Below are positions 60,652-64,000 of a stretch of 64,000 bases of DNA, one piece after another. Source of the stretch: Nitrospirota bacterium (GTDB lineage: Bacteria > Nitrospirota > Nitrospiria > Nitrospirales > Nitrospiraceae). A program made the translations under genes and the position numbers. Location: contig CAVPBK010000009.1 in NCBI GenBank assembly GCA_963701855.1, forward strand, positions 416,001 to 480,000. Direction: 5' to 3'. The notes beneath the pieces were generated by a model. It searched no databases. It was given only the letters and a program-made list of their open reading frames with translations, and was not told where the DNA came from. How positions within the stretch are numbered: position 1 is the stretch's first letter; each line of letters begins with the position of its first letter.

Positions 60652-62298
60652 GTGAGTGACATCAAGATCAAAGAGACCCCGGTCGAGGATGAACAGGCCC
60701 AACCGATCCTGACCCACGAAAAGTCCCTGTCTCAGAAAATCGCCCGCGGATCGGAAGCCGGGGACATCCTTGACCAACAGATGGTCATGCTGGGAATTCA
60801 GCTGGTCACACAACTGAACGTGTTGATTAAGACCTCTCGCATCTATGAGCGCACCAACTCGGCACTGGATAAACCCGTCGACGCAATTCTAACCTTGATT
60901 AAGACCATGGCACATGACCAACCGGTCACACTCCGCCTGCAAAATGATTTCTTGTTTCTCGGTGACAGTCACTTGAAAGTGACCGCACAGCAGATGGCCG
61001 TGGCCACCAGCATCATCGATGTCTTGAACACCTGGAAGATCGGCGGAATGATATTCTCATTGGCCGTGGAGTCGAAAGATCTGCGTGAGTTCGCCGCACT
61101 CTTTGTCAGCTTTGACCCTGGCAACAAATCTCTCGAAGACCTTCAGAAAGAAATCAGGACACGGGGGATCGCCGGCATTGATCTAGAAGAGCAACGGCAG
61201 CTGCAAATCCGAAAAGGATCCGGAACAGCAGAGAATACAGGACCCGGAACGGCGGGGAATACGGGGCTAGGAACAGGGGGAAATACGGGACCCGGAACGG
61301 CGGAGAACACAAAGCCAGATGGCACAGAAAGCGTCGATCCGAAAATGCAACGAAGAGCGAACGCCAGGAACGCCTATGCCAAAGTGGCTGGATCAGTCGG
61401 AACTTTGACGCAATCATCCCGGGAGGGAGGATCGATCAGTTTCAAACAGGCGAAGCGAGCCATCCAAAACATCATCGACCTCATGGTAGATGACGAAACC
61501 GCGGTCCTCGGCCTTACGACTCTTCGTTGCCACGATCAGTACACACATAACCATTCGGTCAATGTCTCGTTGCTGTCCATGGCACTCGGCAATCGAGTCG
61601 GCTATCCGAAGGTAGACCTTGCCGACCTGGGGTTGGCTTCATTGTTTCACGATGTTGGGAAATGTGCGATTTCTCTGGATATTCTCAATAAGCCCGGCGA
61701 GTTCACAAATGAAGAGTGGGAAATCATGCGGACTCACCCGACTGAAGGAGTGCTGGCCCTCATTAAGCTGCGCGGTTTCAGCGAGGTACCGGCACGCATG
61801 GCCGCCGCTTCGTTTGAGCACCATATGAACTACGACTTTTCCGGCTATCCCAAACTGGCTGCTCCATGGACACAGAGTCTCTCCAGTCGAATCGTGACGA
61901 TTGCCGATTGTTACGATGCCATGACCTCTTCTCGCGTCTACCGCCGCGAACCGATGTCCCCATCGAAAGCGTTGAACCTGATGCTCTCAAAATCAGGCAA
62001 ATCATTTGATGCGGTGCTCCTCAAGCTGTTCGTGAACTGTGTCGGCATTATCCCCATCGGCAGCCTAGTAATGATCGAGACAAGTGAACTGGCGGTCGTA
62101 CTCAAGCCAGCTATCGACAAGAAAAATGCCGAACGACCGTTCGTCAAGATCATCACTGATCCACAGGGGAACTCGGTCGATCACGGGCGTGAAATAGACC
62201 TGACCGAGAAAGATGAGACCGGAGATTTCCGCCACAACATTATTCGCTTGATCGACAACACTGAATACAAGTTCGACACCAGTAAATACTTCGTCTAA
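60652..62298 (+). CDS. HD-GYP domain (c-di-NMP phosphodiesterase-like) protein
   Basis: YTHNHSVNV, HDVGK, HP, EHH..DFSGYP, IADCYDAMTS.R.YR. Confidence 0.9.
   Translation: MSDIKIKETPVEDEQAQPILTHEKSLSQKIARGSEAGDILDQQMVMLGIQLVTQLNVLIKTSRIYERTNSALDKPVDAILTLIKTMAHDQPVTLRLQNDFLFLGDSHLKVTAQQMAVATSIIDVLNTWKIGGMIFSLAVESKDLREFAALFVSFDPGNKSLEDLQKEIRTRGIAGIDLEEQRQLQIRKGSGTAENTGPGTAGNTGLGTGGNTGPGTAENTKPDGTESVDPKMQRRANARNAYAKVAGSVGTLTQSSREGGSISFKQAKRAIQNIIDLMVDDETAVLGLTTLRCHDQYTHNHSVNVSLLSMALGNRVGYPKVDLADLGLASLFHDVGKCAISLDILNKPGEFTNEEWEIMRTHPTEGVLALIKLRGFSEVPARMAAASFEHHMNYDFSGYPKLAAPWTQSLSSRIVTIADCYDAMTSSRVYRREPMSPSKALNLMLSKSGKSFDAVLLKLFVNCVGIIPIGSLVMIETSELAVVLKPAIDKKNAERPFVKIITDPQGNSVDHGREIDLTEKDETGDFRHNIIRLIDNTEYKFDTSKYFV
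61222..61317 (+). repeat. 4 x 24-bp in-frame tandem repeat (GTAENTGP-type)
   Basis: GGAACAGCAGAGAATACAGGACCC and three variants. Confidence 0.85.
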
Positions 62299-62455
62299 CA
62301 GGATGCTGAAAAGTCAATCTTCTCACACGCCCAACCCCGGCGCGTCGAGACGCGCATTTTCCCAATGCATCGTTCAGATCCTCAACATGCTCCAGCGGAT
62401 ACACCTCGGCTCTTCACTCGTTGCGGCTCTGATGGACGACATTTTGAGCATCCTG
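62299..62455 (+). repeat. Family A palindromic element (long variant)
   Basis: CAGGATGCTGAAAAG...TTTTGAGCATCCTG, directly after TAA. Confidence 0.85.
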
Positions 62456-62633
62456 CGCAAGGGTTCTCATGTTGTGTCACACGTGCGGACCAACAAGGTT
62501 CTTGCGTGCCTTCACAGTTTTTCCGCCACCGTCTAGCCTCCGCGCAGCCCAATCCCTTGACAGAGACTGGCCTCCCAGCTATTCTCGCTACGGTTACACT
62601 GACCACACTGTTTACCAACAAGGAGCGCGAGTT

Positions 62634-63197
62634 ATGCATATATCGGGAACCCTCTTAAGGCGCATCACCCTCCCCTTGGCCGCTGCAGGCATACTGTTAC
62701 TCGTATCTCTTCCTGCTGCACAAGCTACCGAGGCCTTCAAAATGGGTGTCGTCGATCCTCAGGCCGTCTTAGAGAAATCAAAAGCGGGCAAAAAAGCCTT
62801 GGACGGGCTCAAAGAATACGTCTCCACCAGGCAGAAGTTGTTGTCCGGCGACGAAGAGGACTTGCGTAATACGGAGAAGACACTCAAGGAGCAAGTCTCG
62901 AAACTAAGCGACACCGAGAAAAAAGAAAAAGAGACACAGTTCCGCACCAGGGTCCAAGAGTTTCAGAAACGCGCGCAAGAATTTAATCAGGAACTGCAGG
63001 GCAAGCAGAAAGAATTGGTCGATGAGTACATGAAGAAAATTTCCTCGGCCACAAAGACCGTTGCAGAAAAGGGCGGATTTGCCCTTGTCGTCGATAAGGG
63101 TAGCGAACAGACGGTCAAGATTGTGATCTACAGTAAAGACACCATCGATCTAACCGACCAGGTGATCAAGGAGTTCGATCGAGTCAACAGCAAATAA
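62634..63197 (+). CDS. skp: OmpH/Skp periplasmic chaperone
   Basis: Signal peptide, KMGVVDPQAVL.KS..GK, coiled coil, IDLTDQVI. Confidence 0.88.
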   Translation: MHISGTLLRRITLPLAAAGILLLVSLPAAQATEAFKMGVVDPQAVLEKSKAGKKALDGLKEYVSTRQKLLSGDEEDLRNTEKTLKEQVSKLSDTEKKEKETQFRTRVQEFQKRAQEFNQELQGKQKELVDEYMKKISSATKTVAEKGGFALVVDKGSEQTVKIVIYSKDTIDLTDQVIKEFDRVNSK

Positions 63198-63242
63198 CCC
63201 TTCCTAAAACGTGAATGGGACCTCGGCCTCTCTGAGGTCCCA

Positions 63243-63611
63243 TCAACCCTCCATCGGATATCCAGCATCCCGCCAGCCTTTGATTCCCCCATCCATCGAG
63301 ACCACATTCGTATAGCCCATTTGCTGAAGCGCGTCCGCGGCTAACACCGACCGGTAGCCGCCTCCGCAATACAATAAAATAGCTTCCTCTTTATTGGGAA
63401 TAAGCGTTTCAACATCGCGTTCGATAACGCCTTTTCCCAGATGACGGGCGCCCTTCACATGATCTTTCTCGAACTCGTGGTCCTCACGCACATCGAGAAA
63501 GTGCAGCGCCTCACTCCGATCGAGTCGGGCCTTAGCCTGTGCCACCGTACATTCCTTAACCCGCATTCGTACCGCATCCACCAACTTGAGAAAACCAGGA
63601 TTATGTTTCAT
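63243..63611 (-). CDS. Rhodanese-like domain protein
   Basis: LDVRE, LYCGGGYRS, SMDGG. Confidence 0.9.
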   Translation of the reverse strand: MKHNPGFLKLVDAVRMRVKECTVAQAKARLDRSEALHFLDVREDHEFEKDHVKGARHLGKGVIERDVETLIPNKEEAILLYCGGGYRSVLAADALQQMGYTNVVSMDGGIKGWRDAGYPMEG

Positions 63612-63636
63612 CCCCGCTCCCTTCCCAGCTCTTGCT

Positions 63637-64000
63637 TCAAAATAAGGCAGTCTGCTCAATCCCCGGCCTGCGAAACGTGGCAGGAACCGCTTTGTCATAA
63701 AAGGCTGATAACCCTGCCTTGCGTCTGGAAACCTCGAACAATTGTTCGATCATCGCCCAGTAGGGACCTACGCCACGGTGACGTTCGAAAAAGGCCCCCT
63801 CGCTGATTGACCCACCACGCACGTCCAGAATTCGATTCGTAATCTTGGTGATTCGATCTGGAAATGCCGCCGCCATTCGCTCCATGAATACCGACTCTAC
63901 AGGGCCAGACAGACGCAACAGTGTCGCCATCGCCACAACCGCCCCGGCTTGTTTCGCTCTGGCCAACAAATCAGGCACATCTTCATCGTTGAGGCCAGGA
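63637..64000 (-). CDS. Radical SAM protein, Rv2578c/PA0069 family (3' part)
   Basis: PGLNDED.P.LL...AGA, LLRLSGPV, F..R..G.G, FRRP...Q..LF; start is outside the window. Confidence 0.8.
   Translation of the reverse strand, partial: PGLNDEDVPDLLARAKQAGAVVAMATLLRLSGPVESVFMERMAAAFPDRITKITNRILDVRGGSISEGAFFERHRGVGPYWAMIEQLFEVSRRKAGLSAFYDKAVPATFRRPGIEQTALF

Noticed and set aside
61222..61317. CRISPR-like array
   Set aside because: Contiguous 24-bp coding repeats without spacers; no cas genes
1..64000. tRNA, rRNA, known riboswitches; many antisense ORFs in the track
   Set aside because: No cloverleaf or conserved RNA motifs recognised by eye; antisense ORFs shadow well-supported genes in GC-rich DNA

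Overview
Bacterial chromosomal window, about 57% GC by eye. Gene content and the intergenic palindrome families suggest Nitrospira (inference). No rRNA, tRNA or CRISPR array was seen. 1-15.5 kb is an accessory, decaying zone: a PilZ protein, a TPR protein, a SAM-cyclase-STAND protein, a redox/stress cassette (catalase-related peroxidase, pirin, SDR, DUF2630, rhodanese) and several pseudogenes. 15.5-33 kb is a ~17-kb block with glnA, an MFS transporter, a cyclophilin, a six-gene Hyf/Ehr complex lacking NiFe ligands, a cupredoxin-like protein, a sigma54 two-component system and a dead IS30. That block is bracketed by a decayed 5' copy of the MFS gene on the left and a decayed 3' copy of the cyclophilin gene on the right. 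33.8-42.3 kb is a tightly coupled 7-gene operon of unknown function (GlmL/MutL-type ASKHA ATPase with no glutamate mutase nearby, DUF6754-like and other membrane proteins), followed by a degenerate MEMO1-like gene. The rest is mostly core-like: Tim44, CsbD, ung, methyltransferase, ProA-like protein lacking the catalytic Cys, ltaE, gnd, zwf, thioredoxin, SGNH, HEAT plus HD-GYP, Skp, rhodanese and a radical SAM gene. Several palindromic repeat families sit directly on stop codons; one is always in the same orientation relative to transcription. All family calls come from motif recognition by eye; no searches were run.
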